From an uncultured Actinomycetes bacterium (GTDB lineage: Bacteria; Actinomycetota; Thermoleophilia; Gaiellales; Gaiellaceae), in the NCBI GenBank assembly GCA_963820335.1, contig CAWFZH010000008.1, positions 38,181 through 102,180 of the forward strand: 64,000 nt of DNA, in the 5' to 3' direction. Each line of letters opens with the position of its first letter. The first letter of the stretch is position 1. Both the position numbers and the translations under genes were made by a program. The notes under the pieces are model-generated. The model had not been told where the DNA came from. It saw only the letters and a program-made list of their open reading frames with translations, and did not search any database. Positions 38,215-47,840 of the stretch are shown piece after piece.

Positions 38215-39396
38215 TCAGCCGACGCCGGCGAGCAGGAAAGCGCGGTTCTCCTTCAGCATCTCGCGGGCGATGACGAGCCGCTGGATCTGGTTCGTGCCTT
38301 CATAGATCTGCGTGATCTTGGCGTCGCGCATCATGCGCTCGACGGGGTACTCCTGCATGTAGCCGTAGCCGCCGAGGATCTGGACGGCATCGGTCGTGAC
38401 CTCCATCGCCACGTCGGTGCAGTAGAGCTTGGCCATCGCCGAGATCTTCGTCAGCTCGTCTTCGGGGGCGCCCTCGTCGACCATCATCCCGACCTTGTAG
38501 AGCAGCCCGCGTGCCGCCTCGCACTTCGTCTCCATGTCGGCGAGCATGGCCGAGATCAGCTGGTGCTGGGCGATCGGCTTGCCCATCGTCTCGCGGCTCT
38601 TCGCGTACTCGAGTGCGTAGTCCGTAGCGCCCTGGGCGAGGCCGAGCCCTTGCGCGCCGATCCCCGGGCGCGACCGGTCGAGGATCCGCATCGCGATCTT
38701 GAAGCCCTCGCCTTCCTCGCCCAGCAGGTTGTCCGCCGGGATGCGCAGGTCGTTGAAGAAGATCTCGCCTGTCGTCGAGCCCTTGATCCCCATCTTCGGC
38801 TCGATGCGGCCGACCTCGAACCCCGGCGAGTCGGCCTCGACGGCGAAGGCCGAGATCCCCGAGTGCCCCGCCTCCGGGTCGGTCTTCGCGAACACGGTGT
38901 AGACGTGCGCAACGCCCGCGTTCGTGATGAAGCGCTTGCCGCCGTTCAGGACGTACTCGTCGCCGTCAAGGCGTGCCTCGGTGCGCATCGCGGCCGAGTC
39001 CGAGCCGGAACCGGGCTCGGTGAGCGCGTACGCCGCGAGCCATTCGCCGGTCGCGAGGCGCGGGAGAAAGCGCTGCTTCTGTTCCTCCGTGCCGGCGAGC
39101 TTGATGCCCAGCGAGCCGAGCTCCTGGACGGCCAGGATCAGGCCGGTCGTCGCACAGACCTTGGAGAGCTCCTCGACTGCGACGAGCACCATGAGCGCGC
39201 CCGTTCCGGTGCCCCCGTAGGCCTCGTCGTAGGGCAGGCCGAAGAGCTCGTGCTCGCGGAAGAGCTCGACCATGTCCCAGGGGAACTCGCCCTTCTTGTC
39301 GATCTCGGCCGCCCGCGGGGCGACGCGCTCGCGCGCGAGGTCGCGCACGAGGTCGCGGATCTCACGCTGCTCGTCGGTCAGTGGGTCGTACGGCAC
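38215..39396 (-). CDS. Acyl-CoA dehydrogenase
   Basis: LTEPGSGSDSAAM, QILGGYGYMQEYPVER and IYEGTNQIQR motifs. The GTG at 39396 was chosen because upstream residues look non-coding. Confidence 0.9.
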   Translation of the reverse strand: MPYDPLTDEQREIRDLVRDLARERVAPRAAEIDKKGEFPWDMVELFREHELFGLPYDEAYGGTGTGALMVLVAVEELSKVCATTGLILAVQELGSLGIKLAGTEEQKQRFLPRLATGEWLAAYALTEPGSGSDSAAMRTEARLDGDEYVLNGGKRFITNAGVAHVYTVFAKTDPEAGHSGISAFAVEADSPGFEVGRIEPKMGIKGSTTGEIFFNDLRIPADNLLGEEGEGFKIAMRILDRSRPGIGAQGLGLAQGATDYALEYAKSRETMGKPIAQHQLISAMLADMETKCEAARGLLYKVGMMVDEGAPEDELTKISAMAKLYCTDVAMEVTTDAVQILGGYGYMQEYPVERMMRDAKITQIYEGTNQIQRLVIAREMLKENRAFLLAGVG

Positions 39397-39406
39397 CGCG
39401 GAAAGT

Positions 39407-39577
39407 CTATGGCCGAGCGACCAGTTCGAGCATCCGGTCGATCGAGGCGAGCATCTCGCGGGCTCCCTGTGCAGCGCGAGGCTCGTCGAACACATCGGCG
39501 AGCTCTTCGGCGACCTGTCGCAGAGCCGTCAGACGACCGAGCAGCTCCGCGTGGTCGGCCGGCAGGAGCTGGATCAT
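39407..39577 (-). CDS. Small helical hypothetical protein (56 aa)
   Basis: Its ATG overlaps (ATGA) the stop of the frame-corrected glyoxalase gene. Its own stop lies 8 nt before the acyl-CoA dehydrogenase start. Confidence 0.35.
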   Translation of the reverse strand: MIQLLPADHAELLGRLTALRQVAEELADVFDEPRAAQGAREMLASIDRMLELVARP

Positions 39578-39941
39578 TCCGGCTGGTGGCAAACCGCCTC
39601 TACGTTGTTGCCGTCGGGATCGTGCACGAACGCCCCGTAGTAGGTCGGGTGGTAGATGCGTCGCGGAGCCCGGGCGGCCCGTTGTCATTCCCGCCTGCGG
39701 CGAGAGCGGCTTCGTAGAACGCGTCGACGGTTTCGCGGTCCGGGCTGGCAATGGCGATGTGGATCGGCGTGCCCGGCCGGTCGCGGTCGCTGATCCAGAA
39801 GTCCGGCTTCCCGCCTGTACCGAGCCCGACAAAGTTCCCGAGGTCGGCAATCACCTCGTATCCGAGCGGCCTGAGTGCCTGCTCGTAGAACGCCCGGCTG
39901 GCGGCGACGTCGCTGACGTTGATCAAAATGTGGTCGATCAC
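39574..39941 (-). pseudogene. Glyoxalase/VOC family protein interrupted by a 1-nt frameshift
   Basis: MIDHILINVSD...AGGNDNGPPGLR is in one frame. The conserved end IYHPTYYGAFVHDPDGNNVEAVCHQPE is in the adjacent frame. The shift lies around 39655-39662. Confidence 0.75.
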
Positions 39942-39967
39942 CGGAGATCCAACTTACAGTCCCGGCT

Positions 39968-41504
39968 GTGATCCTGGACAACGGCATCATCCACACGCTC
40001 GACCCGTCCATGCCGACTGCGCGGGCCCTGGCGATCGCGGGCGAACGCGTCGCGGGAGGTGTCGGCACGCACGAGACCGCCCTGGCCAGCCCGGAGCGCG
40101 TCGACCTCGGCGGACGTTGCGTCGTGCCGGGCTTCAACGACGCGCACGTGCATTTCCCGACGTGGGCGGCCGCTCAGCGTGAGGTGCGGCTCGAAGGCAC
40201 GTCGTCCTTGGAGGAAGCCGTGGCCCGGGTGGGCGACGCGGTCGGAGCCGTCGAGCCCGGCCGCTGGCTGCGGGGCCGGGGCTGGCGAAGCGGTGACTGG
40301 GCGCCACCGGTGGAGCCGACTCGCGAGGCGCTCGATGCCGTCACGGGAGACACGCCGACGGCGCTCATGGCCCGCGACTACCACTCGTTGTGGCTCAACT
40401 CGGCCGCTCTGGCGCAGGCGGACGGCGACTTGCAGTCCGACGGCGGCGTCGTCGAGGTCGACGAACGCGGCGAGCCGACGGGCGTCCTCCGCGAGGAATC
40501 GGCCTGGACGTTCCGCGACCGGTATCTCCGGCCCACGGACGACGAGTTCATCGAGGCCATGCGCGACGGGCTGAAGCTCGCCGCCGCGCGAGGGGTCACG
40601 GCTCTCCACGACAAGGACGGCTGGCTCGGGGCGCCGCGGCTCTGGCAGCGGCTGCTCGACGACGGATTGCTCACGTTGCGGGTCTGGCAGTCGCTTCCGG
40701 CCGAGCATCTCGACCGGATCGACGAGCTCGCCCTGCCGGCGGGCATCGGCGGCGACTTGCTGCGCATCGGCTATCTGAAGGTCTTCATGGACGGCACTCT
40801 CGGTTCGCAGACGGCACGCTTGCTGGACGGCTCCGGGGTCGAGATCACGAGCCGCGACGAGCTGGCGGAGATCGTGCGCCGCGGGGCGCGGTCCGGGTGG
40901 CCGGTCGCGGTGCATGCGATCGGCGACGCCGCGAACCGAGACGCGCTCGACGCGTTCGAGGAGACCCGCGAGGACTGGCGAGGGCTGCGGCCCAGGATCG
41001 AGCACGCACAACTCCTCGCGGAGGAAGACGTGCCGCAGGTTCGCCGAGCTCGGCGTCGCCGCCTCTGTCCAGTTCAGCCACGCGCCGTCGGACCGCGACA
41101 TTGCCGACCGCCTCTGGGCCGGTATGACCGACCGCGCCTACGCCTACCGATCGCTGCTCGATACGGGGGCGCTAGTGGCCAACGGATCCGATGCGCCGAT
41201 CGAGGAGCTCGACCCGCTGGCCGGAATCCGCGCAGGAGTGCTGCGGACGCTCGACGAGCGCGAAGGGTGGCACCCCGAGCAGGCCGTCACGGTCCAGCAG
41301 GCGCTCGAGGCGACCACGATCAACCCCGCCTGGCTGGCGGGCGACGAGCGCCGGCGGGGCAAGCTCGTGCCGGGCTACCTGGCCGACCTCGTCGTCCTCG
41401 ACCGCGATCTCCTCAGCTGCCCTCCGGAAGAGCTACCCGACGTGCAAGTCGTCGCAACGATGCTGGGCGGCCGCTGGGTCCACAACCCGCCCCCTTGGGA
41501 CTAG
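39968..41504 (+). pseudogene. Amidohydrolase (metal-dependent hydrolase, YtcJ-like) interrupted by a 1-nt frameshift
   Basis: PGFNDAHVHF...AVHAIGDAA...RIEHAQLLAEEDVP is in the frame of 39968. The rest (FAELGVAASVQFSHAPSD...NGSDAPIE...) is in the frame of ORF 40914..41504. The switch lies at about 41033-41040. Confidence 0.8.
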
Positions 41505-41505
41505 C

Positions 41506-41527
41506 CCGGTGCCAGGCACCGGACATG
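41506..41527. repeat. Copy 1 of a 22-nt direct repeat CCGGTGCCAGGCACCGGACATG containing a 17-nt palindrome
   Basis: Read directly from the sequence. It lies immediately after the amidohydrolase stop (41502-41504). Confidence 0.8.
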
Positions 41528-41607
41528 GCGTTTCCGCCGCGCAATCGTCCCGAACACAACCTCGACCGCCCTGTTCAACCCAGTGAACGCGGCCCGTTGT
41601 GACCCGT

Positions 41608-41629
41608 CCGGTGCCAGGCACCGGACATG
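41608..41629. repeat. Copy 2 of the 22-nt direct repeat CCGGTGCCAGGCACCGGACATG
   Basis: It is a perfect copy 102 nt downstream of copy 1. It lies in the spacer between convergent genes. Confidence 0.8.
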
Positions 41630-41668
41630 TGACGAAACGCTTCGCTCTGTGGGAACTCGAGCGGTGGT

Positions 41669-43084
41669 CTAGCGCAGCTTGAGGAACGGCACGAAGCGGC
41701 TGAGATCGACGACCCCGAGTTTCGGCAGCTCGTCGCGACGACAGACGGCCGTGGCCAGCGCCTCGGCCTCATACCGCAATGTCCTCGCGCGCGACATTCT
41801 CCGAGCGCGAAGCTGGTCGCTGACGATGACGCGAGCAGCCGCCAGCGACAGGCCACGCCGTGAGAGCGCACGGCGGTAGGCCCGCTTCGACCCTCTGAAG
41901 CGCTCCGCGACGATTCGTCGCTCCGCACGAAGGATCTCGCGCCCTCGAACTCGCGCCCGCCGCCGGGCCAGCCGGGTGAGCAGCGCCGTCGCGGCCGTTC
42001 CGCGAGACCACGTGATCCGCGCGGTCCGAGCGAGCGCCGCGGTCGTGATCGCGGTCCCGGAGAACCCGCAGTGCACTCCCGGCGCAAGCAGCAGCTGTCC
42101 TTCGTCGCGCGACGTGTTGAACACACCGCCCGAGACGCTCGGCGCGTCGCACAGCGCCGGGTCGCGTGTCCAGAGGTATGCGCAGGCCGCCAGCGGCTTG
42201 TCGGGATCGGCTCCGCCGGGTGTGAACGCAGCCCACCCCCAGGACCAGATCGAGTCGATGCCCTCCTCTGCGGCCACCTGCTCGGCCGCGAGTGCGTTCC
42301 ACTTCACGTAGTCGAGCCAGGCCGGAAGAGGCTGTAGCCCCTCACGCCCGAGCATGCCGGGCGCTGAATGAAAGCCCAGCGCGAGCCCGAGACGCTCACG
42401 GGGCACGCCGATGTCTGCAAACCGACGGATGACTCCGCGCATGTTCAGGCGCACCCGCCGGTTCCCGATCAGCACGCCGAGGGCGTGCACCTGAGCAGCG
42501 TGGTAGTACGCCTCGTAGACGATGTCCGCGGAGTCGGTCAGTGTCCGCCACCACTCCCCAGCCGCGCCGCCAAGCGCGGGCCGACCGTGAACGAAGAGGA
42601 ACGGACGCGCTCCGCGGGCGGTGAGAACCTCGACCAGCGTGAGCACGTTGGCGCGGTACTGAGCGTTGGTCGACGACCACGGCGTCCGCAGATTCGCGCC
42701 CCACAGCTCTTCGAGGCCGATCAAGGGCGTCGCGCAGGCCGACGAGGCGGCCGCGCGATCGAAGAGCGCGTTCGCCTGGCCCTCGATGGAGAACGGGTCT
42801 GCCGGCGCCAGAGGCGTACCGACGATGTTCCGAATGTTCATCTGCCAGTACACGGTCCGCGCGCCCCGCTCCCGCAGCGCCTGCGGCGTAGCGGTGCCGC
42901 TGGTCGCCGCGATTACGCCCGGCTTGCCGAAGATCTCGTTGCGGAAGGGGACAGACCCCTCGGCGTAGTCGATCCACAGCGGCTTGGAATCGGGCAGGCC
43001 GCAAGGCGCGGCCGCTGCCGGTGCGGCAGACCAGGCGATCGCCAAAACGGCGCCGAGCGCGACGAGTATTGCTTTGGGCCGCAT
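41669..43084 (-). CDS. Secreted hypothetical protein
   Basis: Signal peptide MRPKAILVALGAVLAIAWSAAPAAA. The 471-aa sequence has coding-like composition. The C-terminal quarter is Arg-rich and helical. No family was recognised. Confidence 0.6.
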   Translation of the reverse strand: MRPKAILVALGAVLAIAWSAAPAAAAPCGLPDSKPLWIDYAEGSVPFRNEIFGKPGVIAATSGTATPQALRERGARTVYWQMNIRNIVGTPLAPADPFSIEGQANALFDRAAASSACATPLIGLEELWGANLRTPWSSTNAQYRANVLTLVEVLTARGARPFLFVHGRPALGGAAGEWWRTLTDSADIVYEAYYHAAQVHALGVLIGNRRVRLNMRGVIRRFADIGVPRERLGLALGFHSAPGMLGREGLQPLPAWLDYVKWNALAAEQVAAEEGIDSIWSWGWAAFTPGGADPDKPLAACAYLWTRDPALCDAPSVSGGVFNTSRDEGQLLLAPGVHCGFSGTAITTAALARTARITWSRGTAATALLTRLARRRARVRGREILRAERRIVAERFRGSKRAYRRALSRRGLSLAAARVIVSDQLRARRMSRARTLRYEAEALATAVCRRDELPKLGVVDLSRFVPFLKLR

Positions 43085-43105
43085 CCCCTGGCTTTTAACA
43101 ACGGC

Positions 43106-44440
43106 TCAGCGGAGCCGAGCAAATTCTCTGTAAAGCTCTTTCGCAGCCTCGATGCCTAGCGGGATGTGGTCGACGCGCAGGCGCTCGTTCGGCGAGTGGA
43201 TGTTCCCCTCGGGAAGGTCGAACCCGGTGAGGATCGTCGGAATGCTCTTCGTCTCGAGAGCGGCCATCACCGGCAGCGAGCCGCCGACCCGTAGTAGCAG
43301 CGGGCGCGCGCCCAACGCGCGCTCGAACGCGTCCAGGCCGAGCTGGATCGCCTTCTCCTCCGGACGGACGAGCGCCGCCGGCGCCATCGCGAGGCGCTCG
43401 ACCTCGACCTCGGCTCCCTCGGGCGCCGCCTCCAGCAGCAGCTTCTCCATCGCCGCCGAGATCTCGTCGCCGTCCTGGCCGGGCGCCAGGCGGATCGACA
43501 CGTTCGCCTCAGCGACGACCGGGAGCACCGTCTTCTGCAGCTCCGCCGAGCCACCGCTCAAGCCGTGCACATCGACCGCAGGCTCTTCCCAGGTGCGCCT
43601 GTAGAACTCCGCGACGGCCTCGCCGTCGGCGGGACGCGCGCCTTGCGCAGCCAGAACGTCGCCCCCGCTCTCGAGCTCGCCCCAGCCGGCGCGCTCCTCG
43701 TCGGAGGGCGGCACGATGCCGGCCCGCAACGACTCGTCGAGCCGGCCCTCCCGCGGTACCACCGCGGAGAGCACCTGCATGAGCGCATGCGTCGCGTTCA
43801 GCGCCGCTCCACCGAAGACGCCGGAGTGAAGATCGCGCTCACCGGTCCTGACCCGCACGTGGAAGTACGCAATGCCGCGCGTCGCCAGCTCGAACACCGG
43901 AACCCCCACCTTCACCATGTGCCCGTCGAAGATCACGCAGACGTCGCCGCCACGCTCGTCCGACTCGAGGAAGTCGACGATCGAGTGGCCGCCCGACTCC
44001 TCCTCGCCGTCACACGTGAAGCGCACGTTGACGGGCAATGTGCCCTCGGCGGCCAGGAGAGCGGCTGCCTTGAGCAGCATGTAGAGCTGGCCCTTGTCGT
44101 CGGCGACTCCCCGGGCGTAGAGCCACCCGTCTCGTACCTCCGGCTCGAAGGGCTCGCTCTCCCATTGATCGAGCGGGTCGGGCGGCTGGACGTCGAAATG
44201 CCCGTAGGCGATCACGGTCGGCGCCGAATCGGCGTCGGCGGACGCCCGCAGCTCGCCGATCACGAGCGGATGCCTGACCCCCTCCTGCACCTCGGCCTCG
44301 CCGCCCGCCGCCCGAATGAAGTCCCGCACCCACTCAGCAGCGTGGCGAACGTCCCCGGTGTGAGCCGGGTCGGCGCTGACGCTCGGGATGCGCAGCAAGT
44401 CGTAGAGCTCGTCGAGCCACTCAGCGGGCGGTTCAGCCAC
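43106..44440 (-). CDS. M20 family metallopeptidase (dipeptidase / ArgE-DapE-CPG2-like)
   Basis: YGHFDVQP, ARGVADDKGQ, DGEEESGG and IHSPNE motifs. Confidence 0.85.
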   Translation of the reverse strand: MAEPPAEWLDELYDLLRIPSVSADPAHTGDVRHAAEWVRDFIRAAGGEAEVQEGVRHPLVIGELRASADADSAPTVIAYGHFDVQPPDPLDQWESEPFEPEVRDGWLYARGVADDKGQLYMLLKAAALLAAEGTLPVNVRFTCDGEEESGGHSIVDFLESDERGGDVCVIFDGHMVKVGVPVFELATRGIAYFHVRVRTGERDLHSGVFGGAALNATHALMQVLSAVVPREGRLDESLRAGIVPPSDEERAGWGELESGGDVLAAQGARPADGEAVAEFYRRTWEEPAVDVHGLSGGSAELQKTVLPVVAEANVSIRLAPGQDGDEISAAMEKLLLEAAPEGAEVEVERLAMAPAALVRPEEKAIQLGLDAFERALGARPLLLRVGGSLPVMAALETKSIPTILTGFDLPEGNIHSPNERLRVDHIPLGIEAAKELYREFARLR

Positions 44441-44479
44441 GGCCGCGCAGGCTAACGGCTAACGACTTCGTCTGAGGCG

Positions 44480-45562
44480 CTACGCCACTTCGCGAAGCTT
44501 CTGGCAATCGGCCAGAGCGCGAAGCTTCTTCAGGCACTGATTCTCGATCTGCCTGATCCGCTCGCGTGTGACGCTGAACGCGCGTCCAACCTCGTCGAGC
44601 GTGCGCGGCGGGTTTCCGTCGAGCCCGTACCGCATCTCGAGGATTCGCTGCTCCCGAGGAGCGAGCGAGCACAGAATCTTCGTGAGCGCGTCCTTGCGCA
44701 GGGCCTGCTCGGCAGCCTCGTCGGGAAGCGGCGCGTTCTCGTCGGTCAGGAAGTGCCCGAACTCGGACTCCTCGTCGTCACCGACGGGCTTCTCGAGCGA
44801 GACCGGCAGCTGCGCCGACCTGCGGATCTGCTCCACCTCTTCGAGGCTCAGGTCCAGGTCCCGGGCGATCTCGTCGGTTGCCGGCTCGCGCCCGAGCTCG
44901 CCCCGCAGCTTGCGCTCGGAGCGGACGATCTTGTTCAGCTTCTCGACCACGTGCACCGGCATGCGGATCGTGCGCGACTTGTCCGCGAGCGCGCGTGCGA
45001 CTGCCTGGCGGATCCACCACGTCGCATACGTCGAGAACTTGAAGCCTTTGCGGTAGTCGAACTTCTCCGCAGCGCGCACCAGGCCGATCGTCCCCTCCTG
45101 GATGAGATCGAGGAAGGGCAGGCCCTGGTTGCGGTAGCGCTTGGCGATCGAAACCACGAGGCGGAGGTTCGCCTCGACCATCGCCTGCTTCGCGATGTGG
45201 TCGCCGCGCTCGATCTTCTTCGCGAGCTCGATTTCCTGCGGCGCGGTCAGGAGGTCGACCTTGCCGATGTCTTTCAGGAAGAGCTGGAGCGCATCTGTCG
45301 AGACGTCCGACCCCTCGAGCTCGAACGCGTCGACTGTCTCGTCCTCGGTGACGAGCTCGATGTGGAGCTCCTCGACCAGGCCGTAGAACTCGTCGATCTG
45401 ACCGGCGTCGAGCTGGAGCTCGTCGAGGGCAAGCGCGACTTCGTCGGCGTTCATCCGCCCGGCCTGTTTCCCGGCGTTCAGAAGTTCCCAGGCTTCTTCC
45501 GACACGAGGATCGTTGCCGAGCCCTCGACTTTCGGTGCGGCCGCGCTTTGTCCCTGCTTCAC
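44480..45562 (-). CDS. RNA polymerase sigma-70 factor, group 1/2 (RpoD/HrdB-like)
   Basis: Regions 1.2-4 are present: [32 protein letters not shown] and [16 protein letters not shown]. Confidence 0.9.
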   Translation of the reverse strand: MKQGQSAAAPKVEGSATILVSEEAWELLNAGKQAGRMNADEVALALDELQLDAGQIDEFYGLVEELHIELVTEDETVDAFELEGSDVSTDALQLFLKDIGKVDLLTAPQEIELAKKIERGDHIAKQAMVEANLRLVVSIAKRYRNQGLPFLDLIQEGTIGLVRAAEKFDYRKGFKFSTYATWWIRQAVARALADKSRTIRMPVHVVEKLNKIVRSERKLRGELGREPATDEIARDLDLSLEEVEQIRRSAQLPVSLEKPVGDDEESEFGHFLTDENAPLPDEAAEQALRKDALTKILCSLAPREQRILEMRYGLDGNPPRTLDEVGRAFSVTRERIRQIENQCLKKLRALADCQKLREVA

Positions 45563-45711
45563 CCCATGACCCCTTTCCCGTGTCTCACCATACGTACGGC
45601 TTGCGATGTGTCAACGGGGCTGTCTGAACGAGGGATGAGTCTCTCAACGACTCATAGTGGCGTCTATAGGTCTCAAGGCTCATCTTCATCCTTTACAGGT
45701 CCTATCATCGA

Positions 45712-46689
45712 TTAGTTGCTCTCTTGACTTTCAAGACTGTCCAGGAGGCGTTTTGCTTCCCTGCCGAGGACAGTCGTGGGCCCGAGCGCCACGGCTCGGC
45801 GCAGCTGCGTCTTTCCCTGCTCGACCGAGCCGGGCTGGACGCGGGCCAGCCAGAGGAGCATGAGCCCGAGATGAAAGCGCACGCTCTGGGCGCGCGGGAA
45901 GCGCCGCGTGAGCGGGCCGAGCTGCGAGAACGCGACGCTCGGCCGCGCCTTGTCGAAGCGAACGACGGCGGCAGCGACGCGCGCTTCGGGGTTTTGAGGC
46001 TCGAGACGGACGGCCGAGTCGTACTGCCGCTGGGCCGAGAGCCGGTGACCGAGCCGCTGCAGCGCGAGGCCGTAGAGGAGCTTCGCCTGCACGTCGCGCG
46101 AGCGCGCGCGGCGAGCGAGGGTGGCGACCTGCCGCGGGGCTGACAGCCCGGTGAGGCTCGGCGGAGCGCCGAAGGTCGGAACGAAGTGCGGTCGCCCCCG
46201 CGGGAAGTTGGGATGCAGGACGTCGTCCGCGCGGCCGGCCGAGGGCGAGTCGGGCTCTACGCGCGCAGCGTCACGCCAGGCTTGAAGCGCCTCGTCGTCA
46301 CGGCCGACCCAGAAGCGGGCGAAGCCCAGGTGCAGCAGCACGCGTGCGTCACGCGGATGCTCCGCGGCGAGCCGCTCGAGCTTCGTGACGGTGCCCTGTG
46401 GCCAGTTGGAGAACGCCGAGCCGATCTCGGCCGGAGGAGAGTCGTACCGGGCGAAGATGCGCTCCGCTTCGGCTCGCTGCTCGTCGGTGTAGAGCCGCTC
46501 GGCGCGGCGCAGGTCCCTGGCCTCCGGATCGGTCCGCACGCCGAGGTCGAGAACGAGCGGCGGCGCTCCTTCGCGCCCTCCTCCCTGCTGATCGTCGCTG
46601 CCGAGCACGAGCGCGGCCGCGATTGCAGCTCCGGCGGCGACCAGAGCGGCGATGACGACGATGAGAACCACTCGCGTGCGGCGATCCAC
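45712..46689 (-). CDS. Membrane-anchored TPR-like repeat protein
   Basis: It has one N-terminal TM helix (VVLIVVIAALVAAGAAIAAALVL) followed by helical repeats. The start codon is GTG. Confidence 0.6.
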   Translation of the reverse strand: MDRRTRVVLIVVIAALVAAGAAIAAALVLGSDDQQGGGREGAPPLVLDLGVRTDPEARDLRRAERLYTDEQRAEAERIFARYDSPPAEIGSAFSNWPQGTVTKLERLAAEHPRDARVLLHLGFARFWVGRDDEALQAWRDAARVEPDSPSAGRADDVLHPNFPRGRPHFVPTFGAPPSLTGLSAPRQVATLARRARSRDVQAKLLYGLALQRLGHRLSAQRQYDSAVRLEPQNPEARVAAAVVRFDKARPSVAFSQLGPLTRRFPRAQSVRFHLGLMLLWLARVQPGSVEQGKTQLRRAVALGPTTVLGREAKRLLDSLESQESN

Positions 46690-46712
46690 GGCTCCAACCT
46701 ATCCTTCGAAAC

Positions 46713-47840
46713 GTGGAAACCAGCGAGACCCTCGAGATCGACGTCAAGGGTGCGCAGGCGCTGCTCGACGATGACGCCGTGCTCGTCGACGTGCGGCGCC
46801 AGGACGAGTGGGACTTCAGCCGCATCGCGGGCGCTCACCATCTTCCGCAGCGGGAGCTCATGGCCCGGATCGGCGACGTCGCGCCGCCGGGGTCGAAGCT
46901 CGTCGTCTACTGCGCGCACGGCAACCGATCGCTCTTCGCGGCCTCGGACCTCAGACAGGCCGGCTACGAAGCCGTCTCGCTCGCCGGGGGGCTCGCCGCC
47001 TGGATGCAGGCCGGGCAGCCCGTCGAGGCCCCGGACGATCTCGACGAGGCGCAGCGAGAGCGCTACAGCCGCCACGTGCTCATCCCCGAGGTCGGCCTCG
47101 CCGGCCAGCGCCGCCTGCTCGAGGCGAGCGTCCTCGTCGTCGGCGCGGGCGGGCTCGGCTCCCCCGCTCTGCTCTATTTAGCCGCGGCCGGAGTTGGGCG
47201 CCTCGGGTTCGTGGACGACGACGTCGTCGACGCGTCGAACCTCCAGCGCCAGGTGCTGCACTCGACCGGCGCCCTCGGCGAGCCGAAGGTCGAGTCGGCC
47301 GAGGAACGGATCCGCGGGCTGAATCCGGATGTCGAGCCGGTCGGCTACCAGGAGCGCTTGAGCCCCGAGACGATCGACCGCATCCTCGGCGACGGCTGGG
47401 ACGTGGTCGTCGACGGTGCCGACAACTTCCCGACGCGCTACCTGCTGAACGACGCGTCCGTCTGGCACGGGGTCCCGGTCGTCCACGGCTCGATCTTCCG
47501 CTTCGAGGGCCAGGTCACCGTGTTCGCTCCCGGCTCCGGGCCCTGCTACCGCTGCCTCTTCCCGCAGCCGCCGCCGCCCGAGCTCGCTCCGAGCTGCGCC
47601 GAAGGCGGCGTCCTCGGCGTCCTCCCGGGCGTGATCGGGTCGCTGCAGGGCACAGAGGCGCTGAAGCTCGTCCTCGGGATCGGCGAGCCGCTCATCGGGC
47701 GGCTCCTCCTGTTCGATGCGCTCGGGGCCTCGTTCACCGAAGTCGCCGTCCGCCGCGACCCTGCGTGCCCCGTCTGCGGCGACGAGCCGACGATCACGGA
47801 GTACGTCGACTACGTGGAGTTTTGCGGAGGCGCTCGCTGA
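46713..47840 (+). CDS. E1-like adenylyltransferase (ThiF/MoeB/MoeZ family) with an N-terminal rhodanese domain
   Basis: The rhodanese module has active-site loop CAHGNRS. The ThiF core follows (VVGAGGLGSPALLYLAAAG, DNFPTRYLLND) with two CxxC pairs (CYRC, CPVC). Confidence 0.85.
   Translation: METSETLEIDVKGAQALLDDDAVLVDVRRQDEWDFSRIAGAHHLPQRELMARIGDVAPPGSKLVVYCAHGNRSLFAASDLRQAGYEAVSLAGGLAAWMQAGQPVEAPDDLDEAQRERYSRHVLIPEVGLAGQRRLLEASVLVVGAGGLGSPALLYLAAAGVGRLGFVDDDVVDASNLQRQVLHSTGALGEPKVESAEERIRGLNPDVEPVGYQERLSPETIDRILGDGWDVVVDGADNFPTRYLLNDASVWHGVPVVHGSIFRFEGQVTVFAPGSGPCYRCLFPQPPPPELAPSCAEGGVLGVLPGVIGSLQGTEALKLVLGIGEPLIGRLLLFDALGASFTEVAVRRDPACPVCGDEPTITEYVDYVEFCGGAR

Noticed and set aside
41526-41632. 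A 25-codon ORF starting at the ATG of repeat copy 1 (ends 41602), and the ATG-TGA start-stop in copy 2.
   Set aside because: The 25-codon ORF is only the out-of-frame tail of the frameshifted amidohydrolase reading. No ribosome-binding site is evident. I report both as part of the repeat element instead.
45563-45711. An AT-richer 149-nt spacer upstream of the sigma factor gene, examined for a tRNA or small RNA.
   Set aside because: There is no cloverleaf-compatible pairing or T-loop (GTTCGAATC-like) motif. It is most simply the sigma factor promoter/leader plus the end of the TPR gene region. I could not place the promoter hexamers confidently.
46690-46712. A very short (23-nt) divergent spacer between the TPR gene and the rhodanese-E1 gene, considered as a shared operator.
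   Set aside because: It is too short to hold two promoters. It contains no palindrome, so the promoters probably lie inside the neighbouring coding regions or the start codons are mis-assigned. Nothing further can be supported from sequence alone.
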